Assembly (NCBI GenBank): GCA_963789265.1
Contig: CAWBKB010000007.1
Location: forward strand, 416,001-480,000
Direction of reading: 5' to 3'
DNA length: 64,000 bases
Origin: an uncultured delta proteobacterium
Lineage (GTDB): Bacteria > Desulfobacterota > Desulfomonilia > Desulfomonilales > Desulfomonilaceae
Part shown: piece after piece, positions 10,122-20,486 of the stretch
Layout of the letters: each line of letters opens with the position of its first letter
Numbering within the stretch: position 1 is the first letter of the stretch
Translations under genes and position numbers: made by a program
The notes under the pieces: model-generated
The model's input: the letters and a program-made list of their open reading frames with translations, nothing else
Database searches by the model: none
What the model was told of the DNA's origin: nothing

Positions 10122-10921
10122 GGTCCACCGGTTCCCCTGCCGGAAGGGGCGCCCTTCTTCTCCTGAGACCCTGGGCTTCCCAGCAAGCGAGCCAAATAGA
10201 GAACCCTGGGGTTGTTGGGCACTAATTCAAGAGCTTTTTGGGCCAGTTTACCGGCATTTTCTCGGTCGCCCGCGGAGATCATCGCTACAATGAGATTGAT
10301 TCTGGCAGGAATATAGTCCGGGAAAGCTTCCACGTTCCGTTGGTAGAGTGCAATTGCGGCACGGGACTTGCCCTGTCGTTCTAACGTGATCGCAGCGTAA
10401 AACGACGGCCGGGGATCCTTGGGGAAGAGCCCCCGAGATAACCGGAAGATTTCCGAAGCCTTATGGAAGTTTCTAGCTTCGAGGGCCTGTAATCCCTCCC
10501 TGATAAGGTCCTCCTTTGAAGGATTGGGCGTCTGGATAGGCGTAATCATGCTGTGCGAAGAAGCCAACTGTGCGAGATTACGTACGGCCGGTCCGTCATT
10601 GGGGTTCACCTCAAGGGCACGGCGATAAGCCTGGGCTGCTTCCTTCCATTTGCCTTGATCCTCCAACGCGGCTCCCATCTGCACCAGGGCGCGGACATTC
10701 GTGGGCGAAACAACGAGAACTTTCTTAAAGGCGCTGACAGCCTGGGCACTCTTCCCTTCGATCCTGAGAGCTACGCCGTTGTCGAAGTCGAGAGGTTCTT
10801 CCGAGGCACAGGGACATACGCAGACAAGAAAGAAAATAAGTGTGGCTAGAAGAGGAGCGTGATAACGCAAGAGGCAGTCCTCGGCGTAAGAATTACAATA
10901 TTCAACCATTATAAATATCAT
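10118..10921 (-). CDS. Exported TPR-repeat protein
   Basis: Hydrophobic signal-like segment, TPR motifs (AYRRALEVNP, QKALELVP); ATGA overlap with the SLT gene; start uncertain. Confidence 0.8.
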   Translation of the reverse strand: MIFIMVEYCNSYAEDCLLRYHAPLLATLIFFLVCVCPCASEEPLDFDNGVALRIEGKSAQAVSAFKKVLVVSPTNVRALVQMGAALEDQGKWKEAAQAYRRALEVNPNDGPAVRNLAQLASSHSMITPIQTPNPSKEDLIREGLQALEARNFHKASEIFRLSRGLFPKDPRPSFYAAITLERQGKSRAAIALYQRNVEAFPDYIPARINLIVAMISAGDRENAGKLAQKALELVPNNPRVLYLARLLGSPGSQEKKGAPSGRGTGGP

Positions 10922-11047
10922 ACAACGGGCGGCAAGCGAAAGGTTCCGGAAGGCGGGACTGTGCCGATAAGCGTTAAAATAGCGTTCATCCGATGGTCAC
11001 CAGGCGGTTGTCCCGTAGAGACATTTTGATAGTAGCCCGGTGCTTCA

Positions 11048-11256
11048 GAAACTGTCTCAAAAACAATGAAGCGGTCGGAATCGTAGCACGAATCCCTCAC
11101 GCTGTGTCCCTCTCCCAGAGGGCGAGGGAAGTGCAAAACTGCCCTGGGTCTGCTCCTTCTCCCTCTGGGAGAGGGTTGGGGTGAGGGCGACGACTATACG
11201 AATGAGCCTGAATCGTGGCACGATTCTGGTCATCAAAATAGTTTTGAGACACTTTC
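11048..11256. mobile_element. MITE-like element (family B) with 15-bp TIRs and REP cargo
   Basis: GAAACTGTCTCAAAA ... TTTTGAGACACTTTC (14/15), flanked by TTCA on both sides; internal TCGT(A/G)GCACGA palindromes; cargo CCCTCTCCC...GGGAGAGGGTTGGGGTGAGGG. Confidence 0.7.
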
Positions 11257-11329
11257 TTCAACGCCGGGAAGGAGGTCAAAAGAGAGCCCCAGCGTACCAC
11301 AGAGACTTCCGAATGTGATCCCGAAAATC

Positions 11330-11440
11330 AATCCTTCAAGCGTCCCTATGGGACGCAGAAGCGATATATGATTGGTCGCTTACCCGGCAATCCCGCGTTA
11401 TGCGCGGGACCGGGCTACTATGTCGGCGCCCCTGGGGGTT
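11330..11440. repeat. REP-like cluster with mini-hairpin
   Basis: GCGTCCCTATGGGACGC; CCCGGCAA[TCCCGCGTTATGCGCGGGAC]CGGGCTAC. Confidence 0.65.
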
Positions 11441-11482
11441 CATAAGATTGCAAGAGATGCCTTATTTTTACGCCTGTGGGGA

Positions 11483-13060
11483 TTATGCCGGTATCTGTCG
11501 GGAAACCGACTGTGCGTCACAGTCGGGATTGCATGCTACCAGTCTAATCTCGTTTGCTATCGTCTTGGCAATGGTCTCTCGAAAATCATTGTGATGCTCG
11601 AATAGAACCAACGTATGGACAAAATACTCGAACCTATTTCCAAGTGACCATATTGCTTTGAAAAGGAACTTCCAGAAGATCCAGCGCGATGGGTTCAAAA
11701 TTCCTTGACGCCCGAGCATTAGCAACAGAGCGCGCATCTGGGCAGGCGACGGTAAACGAAAAGGCTTCTTGACCGAAAGCGGCTTCATCAGCGAAAATTC
11801 GTCAAATGCCCGCTGATAGTAGGATTGGGGATCATATAGGCTTTCATATATGCTGATGACTTCTTGAACCAGTTGGGCCACCGGGCGCGTGGTATTGTAA
11901 TTGATCAGGCCGATGAGGCTGGTCGCCTTGTCGGAAGCTATGACGGGTTCACGCCCTTCCTTAACGAGACGCTTCCACAAATCCGTGCCGGGCGGAGCCT
12001 CCAGGAAATTGACGAGTACCTGAGGGATGTGGTTTCGGTTGGCAAAATCTATGACCCGACGGTCTGCTCCAGGTTTCTCATTATCGAAACCGATTATCCA
12101 GCCGGCCTCAATTTGCAGTCCGGACCGTATGATTTTGTGACAAGCCAGGTCAAGGTCTATTCGGGAATTCTGGTGTTTCTTGGTCTGCTCGAGACTGTCC
12201 CGGTCGTCGGTTTCAATTCCCAGGAATACCTTGTAGAAGCCCGCCTCGACCATGAGGTCCAACAGCTCTTGATCTTCGGCGACATTCACCGAGACCTGCC
12301 CGTTGAAATCAAAGCAATGGCCGACGGATTTATGCCAAGGGATAAGTTCTCTCAGCAAGCTCTTGGCATCTCGACGGTTTCCCACAAAATTGTCGTCAAC
12401 AAAGAAAATGTTTTCCTTCCATCCGAGCCGTCTGAGGATGTCCAGTTCGTTGATGATTTGCGCAGGGGATTTGGTCCTGACCTTGCGGCCCAACATGTTG
12501 GTGACGTCGCAGAACTCACATTGAAAAGGGCATCCCCGCGAGAACTGGACGCCCATAGTCAAATATTTATCCATGTCCAGGAGATCGAATCTTGGGGCAG
12601 GCCACTTTTTCAGTTCCGGCCTTGATTCTCCCCTGATCACAACCCCAGACTCATCGAGGTTCAAAGCTTCCAAAAATCTATCGAGGCAAGATTCAAGCTC
12701 TCCCACCACAACAATGTCCGCGCCGTCTCTCAAAGCGTCTTGCGGCGCATGAAAGACAGCGGGTCCGCCTACAACAACCTTCTTACCCTGCCCCGTGGCA
12801 TCCCGGACCGCCTGGACAAATCCTTGGCGCTGAACATTCATGCCGCAAATCAGCACCACGTCGCAAGCATCCCAGTCTTGCCGCGTGATTGTTTGAAAAG
12901 TCAAGTCAATAAGTCTGAATTCCCATGCCTGAGGAAGGAGCGCCGCAACAGTGATAAGCCCGAGGGGAGGATGCACGGCTTTTCGCCCGAGCATGTGCAA
13001 AACTTTATCAAATGAATAAAAGGTCTTGGAAAAACCTGGATTCAACAAAAGTACTCTCAT
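11483..13060 (-). CDS. B12-binding-domain radical SAM protein (DUF4070-type C-terminus)
   Basis: PPLGLITVAALLP, SRGCPFQCEFC (CxxxCxxC), FFVDDNF, FLGIET; start MRVLLLNP with GGGGAG RBS. Confidence 0.9.
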   Translation of the reverse strand: MRVLLLNPGFSKTFYSFDKVLHMLGRKAVHPPLGLITVAALLPQAWEFRLIDLTFQTITRQDWDACDVVLICGMNVQRQGFVQAVRDATGQGKKVVVGGPAVFHAPQDALRDGADIVVVGELESCLDRFLEALNLDESGVVIRGESRPELKKWPAPRFDLLDMDKYLTMGVQFSRGCPFQCEFCDVTNMLGRKVRTKSPAQIINELDILRRLGWKENIFFVDDNFVGNRRDAKSLLRELIPWHKSVGHCFDFNGQVSVNVAEDQELLDLMVEAGFYKVFLGIETDDRDSLEQTKKHQNSRIDLDLACHKIIRSGLQIEAGWIIGFDNEKPGADRRVIDFANRNHIPQVLVNFLEAPPGTDLWKRLVKEGREPVIASDKATSLIGLINYNTTRPVAQLVQEVISIYESLYDPQSYYQRAFDEFSLMKPLSVKKPFRLPSPAQMRALLLMLGRQGILNPSRWIFWKFLFKAIWSLGNRFEYFVHTLVLFEHHNDFRETIAKTIANEIRLVACNPDCDAQSVSRQIPA

Positions 13061-13472
13061 ATAACACTCCCCGGTAACATACATTCGAAACGGTTCATGT
13101 CAGCTTTTGACGCATTGAAGCTTGCAGGCTTTGCCACGGGGCCGCCCCTGCGTCTCGGCTCCGGACATGAAAGAGCCACCACCTGCGGATCAGCATATTA
13201 TACAAAAGGCTGCATTAGGTGTCGGCCAAGAACAGCGCTCCAGCACCGTGCAGGACGCGCTTATTCACGATGGGATGGCCAAGTTGGCGGCATGATGCCG
13301 GAAAGTTGTAGGCAGAAATTTTTGCGGAACCGGGTCTGATAGCCACGTTCCAGACACCGCCTGTGGCTTACTTCCGGAAGTTCACGGGGTCTTGGAACGG
13401 ACTCCCGTCCTGCCGTGTGCTACACAATTACCGTCATTGGAAGATACTGTCAAGTGAGCCGAAATGGGCAAG

Positions 13473-13605
13473 ATAACCATTCAGTCTTGTGGGGCAGTCC
13501 CGCGAGGCGCGGGACAGCCTGCCGAGGAAACCCCTGTTCAATGGCGGGCTAGAAAGCCCACCCCACGAAGCCACCCGCAAATTCCGGCTGTTACTGAATG
13601 TATGC
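13473..13605. mobile_element. Degenerate MITE (family A) carrying a REP pair
   Basis: ATAACCATTCAGT ... ACTGAATGTATGC; flanks TGGGCAAG / TGAGCAGG (6/8). Confidence 0.55.
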
Positions 13606-13835
13606 TGAGCAGGTTCTGCCGATCCCCTTAAGATCAGAGATCAGGATTAAGTCACGTTAATCTCAACGCCTTTTTCAATCCTCCCTACCGGCTCAGATAT
13701 GCCGTCGGCACGGCTTGTCAGCCCTTAATGTGGATTGCAATGCCGTGAATCTTGCGGTAACGCCCTTTAGGTGATAGAGTTGGCAGCTACTGTCGTTCCG
13801 GCACGGATGGATCGCTTGCAATTCTGGAGAAGCCT

Positions 13836-14801
13836 GTGCACCTGCTCGACTCTATCAAATCTGTCATGGAAAACTTGGAGCAGGAACTGATTCAACAGTT
13901 GAGAAGCCGCGTTCCCGTGGCGTTCGAGATAAGTTCTCATATCATGAACAGCGGCGGCAAGAGGATTCGCCCGCAGCTCGCGGTCATAGCAGCCCGCATG
14001 GGTGGATATACGGGAATGGACGCTATCACGTTGTCAGGCGCGATTGAGTGCATCCATACCGCCACTTTGCTCCACGACGACGTGGTGGACCGTGCGGACA
14101 CTCGTCGGGGGCGACCTTCGGCCAATACCCTCTGGTCGAACGAGTTGTGCGTCCTTGGAGGCGATTTCATACTGGCCAAGGCATTCTCTGCTCTGACTTC
14201 TCTAAACAACCTTCGCATTTTGGAAATAGTGTCACGAGCCACAGAGAGATTGAGCGAGGGCGAACTCTTTCAGATGATGAACATTGGGAATATTCAACTT
14301 ACGGAAGAAGAGTATATACAGGTGATCACCGACAAGACGGCCGTCCTGATGGAAGCGGCTTGTCGCGGCGGTGCCATCTTGGGAAGAGTGGGCGATGAGG
14401 AGGAAGAAGCGTTGGCCCAATTTGGGTTCAATCTTGGTATAGCCTTCCAGATGACCGATGACGTGATAGATTACCGATCGGACAGAGAGACCATGGGAAA
14501 GAATCCCGGAAAAGATCTGGAAGAAGGAAAGCTCACTTTGCCCATGATTTGCGCACTCAAAAAGGCAAACTGTGAGGAAAGATCCCGTGTCGAGCGGATG
14601 ATCGCTGAAAAGAGGCTTTCCGACGGAGATCTCTCATGGGTGAGGAACTTCCTGGAGGAGCGAGGCGGGATCGAGGAGACACTGCGGAAAAGTCGCGATT
14701 ATCTGGCAATTGCCACCGAACGATTGAGCGTGTTCGAGGACTCGAACGAGAAACGCGCACTGATGACAGTTGCGGAGCGCGTCTTGTGCCGGACGTACTG
14801 A
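13836..14801 (+). CDS. Polyprenyl (octaprenyl/heptaprenyl) diphosphate synthase
   Basis: GGKRIRP, LLHDDVVD..TRRG, KTA, AFQMTDD, GKDLEEGKLTLP. Confidence 0.93.
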   Translation: MHLLDSIKSVMENLEQELIQQLRSRVPVAFEISSHIMNSGGKRIRPQLAVIAARMGGYTGMDAITLSGAIECIHTATLLHDDVVDRADTRRGRPSANTLWSNELCVLGGDFILAKAFSALTSLNNLRILEIVSRATERLSEGELFQMMNIGNIQLTEEEYIQVITDKTAVLMEAACRGGAILGRVGDEEEEALAQFGFNLGIAFQMTDDVIDYRSDRETMGKNPGKDLEEGKLTLPMICALKKANCEERSRVERMIAEKRLSDGDLSWVRNFLEERGGIEETLRKSRDYLAIATERLSVFEDSNEKRALMTVAERVLCRTY

Positions 14802-14946
14802 TTTCGCGTGCTCGAAGCAAAACAGAAAATCTGGCTGGAACTGTCTTATTTGAGAAAGGCTTTTCTCCGGCAATTCGATTTCTTGACAGAAGGTGCTCCC
14901 CCTGCTAGCAAAACGTATGTCTTCCGGTTCTTGTCGAGGGTCTCAC

Positions 14947-15604
14947 ATGGTGAGACGCAAACTGGCATTAATTCTGGTAACGATTATAGCTGCACTTGCG
15001 GCCGGCTGCCCGTTCCTTTGGAAGAGCGACGTCGTCAAGAAGAGCCCGGATCCTGAAAAGCTCTTCCAGGATGCGCAGAAGCGGTTTCAGGACAAACGCT
15101 ATTCCGAGGCCACAGAATTATACGAGCGTATAAAGTCCGGGTTTCCCGATTTTAAGCGGATGCCCGAGGTCTATATGAGGATAGCTGACGCGTACTTCGA
15201 TGACAAATACTATGACAAAGCCATCGCGGCTTATGGGCAGTTTATGGACCTCTACCCAAACGACAAGGACGCGCCAAGGGCAAAATTCAAGATAGGTATG
15301 GCCTACTTTAACCAGATCAAGAGTACCGATCTTGACAATTCGGTCGTTCAGAGTGCAGCCAAGCAATTCAAAATCCTTTCAGAAGATACCGGCGCAGGTG
15401 ATTGGGCGAAGAAGGCTGCAGAGAAATATCTCGAATGCCGCAAGAAGTTAGCGGCAAAAGAAATGTACAAGGCTCAAACGATGTTGACTATCGGCAGATA
15501 TCAAGACCGCGCGGCTGGCAGCCAAACGTATTCTGGATGAGTACCCTAAACTGGGGTACGATAAGGCCGCGTCGGCCCTGATCAAGAGCACAAAAGGAAA
15601 GTGA
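14947..15604 (+). CDS. bamD: Outer membrane assembly lipoprotein BamD, +1 frameshift at ~15506
   Basis: Lipobox LAAGC, TPRs, FMDLYP, KLAAKEMY; removing A15506 gives YQAARLAAKRILDEYPKLG to a stop at 15604. Confidence 0.8.
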
Positions 15605-15660
15605 GGCTGTCTTTTCTCGTGCAAGATTACCTGCCGCGAACGCGTACCGACAACTCCTCG

Positions 15661-17202
15661 TCAGATCATCCCGTTGAGCTGCTCGTCCGACAAGCCTTCC
15701 GAAACCACAGTTCTGTAAGCTTTGACCGTGACCTGACCCGGTAAAGCTCCCTTTGCACGCCCCACATCGGCCACATCAGCCACGATAACTTCTATTTTGC
15801 CTTTGCCGCGGGCTTTGGAAAAATGAACTGCGATTCCCGCGGCGAATTGCATATCCTCTATGGTGGCCGCGTCATCACGCTCCCGGCGGAGAATCACATG
15901 GGCTCCCGCGAAATCCTTTACGTGGAACCAGAGGTCGCCTTTTCGAGCCTTCCTGCGCAACAAGAAATCGTTCCCCTTGGCGCTTTTGCCCACTAAAATG
16001 AGTCGGCCCGTCCGCGTCCGCATCTCACGAAATAAGCCCGACTCTGATGGAGAGGCCACTTCACCTTTCCGAGGTGATTTAGGCTGCGGCCAGGGGCCAA
16101 AAGGCGTTTCCAGAACCAGGCGTTCAAGTTCCGTCATGTCGGGAGCTTCCCCGAGGAAGAACAACAAGTCCTCGAGTGCCCTTTTTTCCTCGAAAGTCCG
16201 GTCGAGGCGTTCCTGAGCCTTCTTAGCTCCCCGTTTCCCTTTGGCGGCCTTCTTGAAGATTCGATTCATGTTTGCAACCGAATCCAGCGAGGGGTCCAAG
16301 ACAATAATTCGACGGCCGCCGGTCTCCCAGTCCTCGACTTCTACACTAGTCGCGCCTCTTTTCACGCGCTTCAGATTCGCCTTGAGAAGCTCCCCTTCCT
16401 CGTTGCGGTCCGTAAAGCTTTTGAGCCTTTGTGCGTCTGATTCGATTTTGTTGACGCGGCGTTCCAGGGACTGAATACGCGCCTTCAGAGGCCCTGCCAG
16501 CTTTCGCCTGAGGCCCTCCAGCAAGTGCGATTTCAACCTTGGGATGAAAAACGCGTCCACCGCTTCGTTCATAGACGCTAAACACCGATCCCGGGAGGCC
16601 ACAGCTTCAACCGTAAGGCGTGCTTTGCCGCCCGGCCCTGTCGTGATTCCAGGGGCGATCATGTCCGCATCCAGGTCATTCAGGGACTTTACAGTGACGT
16701 CATTTCTCAATGGCGGAACAGAGTAATGGAGGCCCGGCAGAAACCACCCTGCGCCCCGCTTCCTTCTCCGGGATGTGATGAAGACAATCCATGATGCGAT
16801 TGGATTTGCAATCGACCAGGAGAATGTTTGAATCTCGCCCGAGCAGTTCAGAACCAACTCTCTTTCCGTTCGCTCATACTCCGGCCCCCGCACGGTAAGG
16901 ATTCGAACTACCCTGTCATCCGGTGCCGCGGCAACTGCAACAATTCGCGCGCCCTGGAGATGGGCTCTGAGATACGCACAAAATCTTGGCGGAACCGGGG
17001 GATTGAGAATCTTGAGGCTGGTAAGGTGCAATCGGCCAAGCAGCGGATCCGCGCTCAGCATGAGCTTTTTTTCTCCGCCTGTCCTGAATCGTATGCGTAG
17101 CACTATTTCTCTGGGCAGGGGCTGATAGATCTTATTGATGAAGCCGCCTGGAAGCAGGTCATTAAGCTCCTGAGCTACTTTCTGAAGAACAGGCAGATCC
17201 AT
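15661..17202 (-). CDS. rqc2: Rqc2/NFACT (FbpA) family ribosome quality control protein with a hidden compensated frameshift pair
   Basis: INKIYQP, LRAHLQGARI, VGKSAKGND, DLWFHVKDFAGAHV, PGQV; motif ELLGRDSNILLVD lies in another frame between ~16850 and ~16742. Confidence 0.88.
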   Translation of the reverse strand: MDLPVLQKVAQELNDLLPGGFINKIYQPLPREIVLRIRFRTGGEKKLMLSADPLLGRLHLTSLKILNPPVPPRFCAYLRAHLQGARIVAVAAAPDDRVVRILTVRGPEYERTERELVLNCSGEIQTFSWSIANPIASWIVFITSRRRKRGAGWFLPGLHYSVPPLRNDVTVKSLNDLDADMIAPGITTGPGGKARLTVEAVASRDRCLASMNEAVDAFFIPRLKSHLLEGLRRKLAGPLKARIQSLERRVNKIESDAQRLKSFTDRNEEGELLKANLKRVKRGATSVEVEDWETGGRRIIVLDPSLDSVANMNRIFKKAAKGKRGAKKAQERLDRTFEEKRALEDLLFFLGEAPDMTELERLVLETPFGPWPQPKSPRKGEVASPSESGLFREMRTRTGRLILVGKSAKGNDFLLRRKARKGDLWFHVKDFAGAHVILRRERDDAATIEDMQFAAGIAVHFSKARGKGKIEVIVADVADVGRAKGALPGQVTVKAYRTVVSEGLSDEQLNGMI

Positions 17203-17394
17203 TCACGTCTCGCGGCGGAGAGCGTTTTCTCCGTCTTCTTGTGAGGACAGCGATACGTCTCGCATTTTTTCGCAGGGTTCTTTCGGAATACCCTTTCAGC
17301 CGGATCGAGTATATCATAATGGCGCATTGCAAACTTTCCGGTTATGGTAGAACTAATGATGCTCGAGGGGCGGAGGACAGGCTGGGGGAACACA

Positions 17395-17907
17395 ATGAGT
17401 GTGCTTACGAGAGATGAATTGTTTCGAGCGATCAAGGACGGCCGGATTCAGATTGAACCTTTCTCGGAAGACATTGTCGGCCCAGGGTCTGTGGATCTGA
17501 ATCTGAGCAACCAGTTCAGGATCTTCAAGAAGATTCGCCACGCAGTCGCAGTGGATGATACCATGGACCTCGAAAGAATCACGAGGCTCGTTTACCGCGA
17601 GCATTCTTTCACCCTTTTGCCGGGCGAAACCATCTTGGGCATAACACGGGAAAGAATCCGTCTTTCCCCCAATCTCTGCGGATGGATACAGGGCCGGTCA
17701 CGCTTTGCCCGTATCGGACTTCTGGTGCACATGACGGCGAGTTTCATTCAGCCCGGCATAAATAACCGACAAGTTCTGGAAATCAGTAACATGGCACCGT
17801 TTCCGCTCATACTTAAACCGAATACGCGCATTTGTCAGATTGTGTTTCAGACCACTGTCGGTGAAGCTGTGTACGAAGGAAAACACAGGACCCAAGACTC
17901 TTTGTGA
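17395..17907 (+). CDS. dcd: dCTP deaminase
   Basis: PGSVDLNL, GRSRFARIGL, IQPG, LEISN, ICQIVF. Confidence 0.9.
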   Translation: MSVLTRDELFRAIKDGRIQIEPFSEDIVGPGSVDLNLSNQFRIFKKIRHAVAVDDTMDLERITRLVYREHSFTLLPGETILGITRERIRLSPNLCGWIQGRSRFARIGLLVHMTASFIQPGINNRQVLEISNMAPFPLILKPNTRICQIVFQTTVGEAVYEGKHRTQDSL

Positions 17908-17966
17908 AGAGGCGATTTCCTGCCGGAAGTGAGGACCTGTCGTCCACTAATCATTGAGGCAATAGC

Positions 17967-18632
17967 ATGGCTAACAGAACCATCTCCATGTCGGATCAAT
18001 TGTATGATTATCTTCTGTCAACATCCCTCCGCGAGCCTGAAATTTTGCGTCGCCTCCGAGAGGAAACCGCTCCTCTGCCTCATTCGACGATGCAAACCGC
18101 GCCTGAACAAGGCCAGTTCATGGCTCTCCTGCTCCAGTTGATCGGAGCCGCCAATACCATAGAATTGGGTGTATATACCGGTTACAGCTCGCTCTGGACC
18201 GCGTTGGCTCTTCCTCCTCGAGGAAAGATCATAGCATGCGATATCAATCAAGAATGGACTTCCGTAGCTCGCCGGTACTGGCAGGAGGCCGGAGTAGCGG
18301 AGAAGGTTGATTTACGACTCGCTCCGGCTATGGAGACCTTGGATTCTCTCCTGGCGGACGGAAGACACGGACATTTCGACTTCATTTTCGTAGACGCGGA
18401 CAAGGACAAATATGACGACTATTATGAACGTTCCCTCGAACTCCTTCGGCCGGGTGGATTGATCGCTGTAGACAACGTCCTTTGGGGTGGACGGGTGGCT
18501 GACCCCAGTGCAAGAGAGGAGGCGACGGTGGCCATCAGAGCATTTAACGAGAAACTGCATCACGACGATCGGATCAAATTGAGCCTCGTCCCCATTGCAG
18601 ACGGCCTCACTTTGGCACTCAAAAAAGGGTAA
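17967..18632 (+). CDS. SAM-dependent O-methyltransferase (caffeoyl-CoA OMT-like)
   Basis: EQGQFM, ELGVYTGYS, FDFIFVDADK, DNVLWGG, DGLTL. Confidence 0.92.
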   Translation: MANRTISMSDQLYDYLLSTSLREPEILRRLREETAPLPHSTMQTAPEQGQFMALLLQLIGAANTIELGVYTGYSSLWTALALPPRGKIIACDINQEWTSVARRYWQEAGVAEKVDLRLAPAMETLDSLLADGRHGHFDFIFVDADKDKYDDYYERSLELLRPGGLIAVDNVLWGGRVADPSAREEATVAIRAFNEKLHHDDRIKLSLVPIADGLTLALKKG

Positions 18633-18638
18633 TTAGTC

Positions 18639-19785
18639 TCAGCGGCTGACCGCAGAGAGAAATCTGCCCAAAAGGGGTTGAATAATGTTCACCGCTTGAT
18701 GTTCGCACAATTCATGACAACAGAAACAGGAAATACACTTCCTCCGGTCAATCACCATTCCTCCGTCTATACGGCTGATGGCTTGCGGCGGACAATGGGA
18801 GACGCAGATACCGCAAACTTGGCACGATCCAGGGTCAATGGCCGGTTTGGTGATAACGTGATTTTCCATGAACCGTCGAACGGGGTTCCAGTATGAGAGA
18901 TTCCACGCCATTGTCACTGACTTAGGCGCTTTGAAATCCTTCAACGGAAATCCCTCAAGATCGTCTCCGACCGTACGAATTCGCTCGCTGTCGGATACCC
19001 CTGCTCCCAAATTCTCCCCAATGACGCTGGTGCGCAGCGCACTAACCTTGAATCCCACCAACCTACAAATGACTGCATCCAGGGCGACCGCGTCGGTGGA
19101 GGCTCCAAGGATTCCGAGGGAACGTGCGTTGCCGCTGTTGGGGCCGTTCCCCTCCATGGCCAAGACTCCATCCACGATGGAGAGAACCGGCCGTATCTTT
19201 TCATAAATTTGAATGAGGACTGTAGCGAAACAATCGACGTCTTTGCCCGCTTTTAAATGCCACGAGGCTTTATCAGTTCCGATCACGGTTCCAAACAGGT
19301 TCTTCATTGCGAGCGTAAGCACCATCTGCGTGTGGGTCTTCAGCTTGGCCAGATTGATAACCGCGTCGAATTCAAACACCTCTCGCGCAAGATCAATGCG
19401 GCGAAACAGCCGGCCCGTGGGGAATTCCACAGGCAGCTTTTCAACAAACGGGACCGCAGCAATGCCCATTCTTTTCATGAATGAGTCGTAACCGCATTTA
19501 GACAGAAACCTTGGACAGGTTTCCGAGGGGTGGACTATCGCCGATGAAAGGAACGGCTCCCGCGTCAACAACCATTGCGGCAACGGCTTCGACGACCGAC
19601 GGATGCGTAACGATCGCGCGGTCAGGGGTTGCCGATTTGAGCAGATTCGGCTTTAGCAGAACTCGGTCCCCTCGCTTTACCAACGAGGGCATTCCGCCAA
19701 GATCGTCGAGGCACTTTTCAAGGGCCTTCGCCAACAGCGGCGGATCATAATTGCCACACTTTCTCACAGTAACCAATGATTCCAT
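18639..19785 (-). CDS. DUF362 domain + 2x[4Fe-4S] ferredoxin protein, +1 frameshift at ~19507
   Basis: VLLKPNLL, THPSVV, GDSP in the first frame; KLKTH, TLAMKNLFG, MEGNGP and two CxxCxxCxxxC in the second; join reads NLSKVLSKCGY. Confidence 0.87.
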
Positions 19786-19901
19786 AAGGATTGTTTAGCA
19801 TTTGGCGGTCCATCGGTAAAGTCTCAAGCAACTGGACCTTCCGGCCGCTCCCGTATTTTGTCTTTGAAAGCATCGCGGCAAGCTCTCTTTCATTGCACCG
19901 A

Positions 19902-20201
19902 GTAATCATTCAGTTACGAGCGGTAAACGACTGGCATTGTGCCGTGGGGCGGACTTTCCAGTCCGCCAAATCTGAGATGAGAAACCGCAGACTGGAAAGT
20001 CTGCGCCACGAGCCAGATAGTAAGGAGTGCAATTTGATCCGTTGGATGGGCCTCTTTCCCAGTTGGGATGCCCCGCGCGGAACGCGGGGTTGCCCGTCAT
20101 CCACAATGGACAGGGTGTCCCGCGCCTCGCAGGACCTTCCCCCCATTGACTCCTCGCGATGACATGGACCGTGCAACTCCCGGGCATAACTGAATGCTTA
20201 C
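19902..20201. mobile_element. MITE (family A), 300 bp, with 15-bp TIRs and perfect 8-bp TSD
   Basis: GTAATCATTCAGTTA ... TAACTGAATGCTTAC (14/15); TGCACCGA at 19894-19901 and 20202-20209; interior is REP-like hairpins. Confidence 0.85.
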
Positions 20202-20486
20202 TGCACCGACTCTTTAAGTTTGCAACCAGACCCCGTCTCATGCTATGCTTAGCCGCTTCGGAGTGTTCGGGGCTGTAATTTCAGTATTGGTATTTTCCTC
20301 CAGCAAAACGTCCGCGAAGGCAGACTACGGGCTCGTACAGACAATGAGAGAGGTGTGCCTGCGGAAACCTACCCGGAACTTGAGCGCCTGTGTTGCGAGG
20401 GGACAGGTCGCTGGGGAGACTTGCGCTTGCGGCCGCGGTTTTGCGTGTCGCGGGCATTGTGAACTTTTGCGTGAAAGGAAATTGGC

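Noticed and set aside
11864..12625. 253-aa plus-strand ORF
   Set aside because: Antisense to the radical SAM gene; no family features.
13090..13145. GGCAAAGCC...AAAAGC on the minus strand as a c-di-GMP-I riboswitch
   Set aside because: No GNRA tetraloop/receptor or second stem found.
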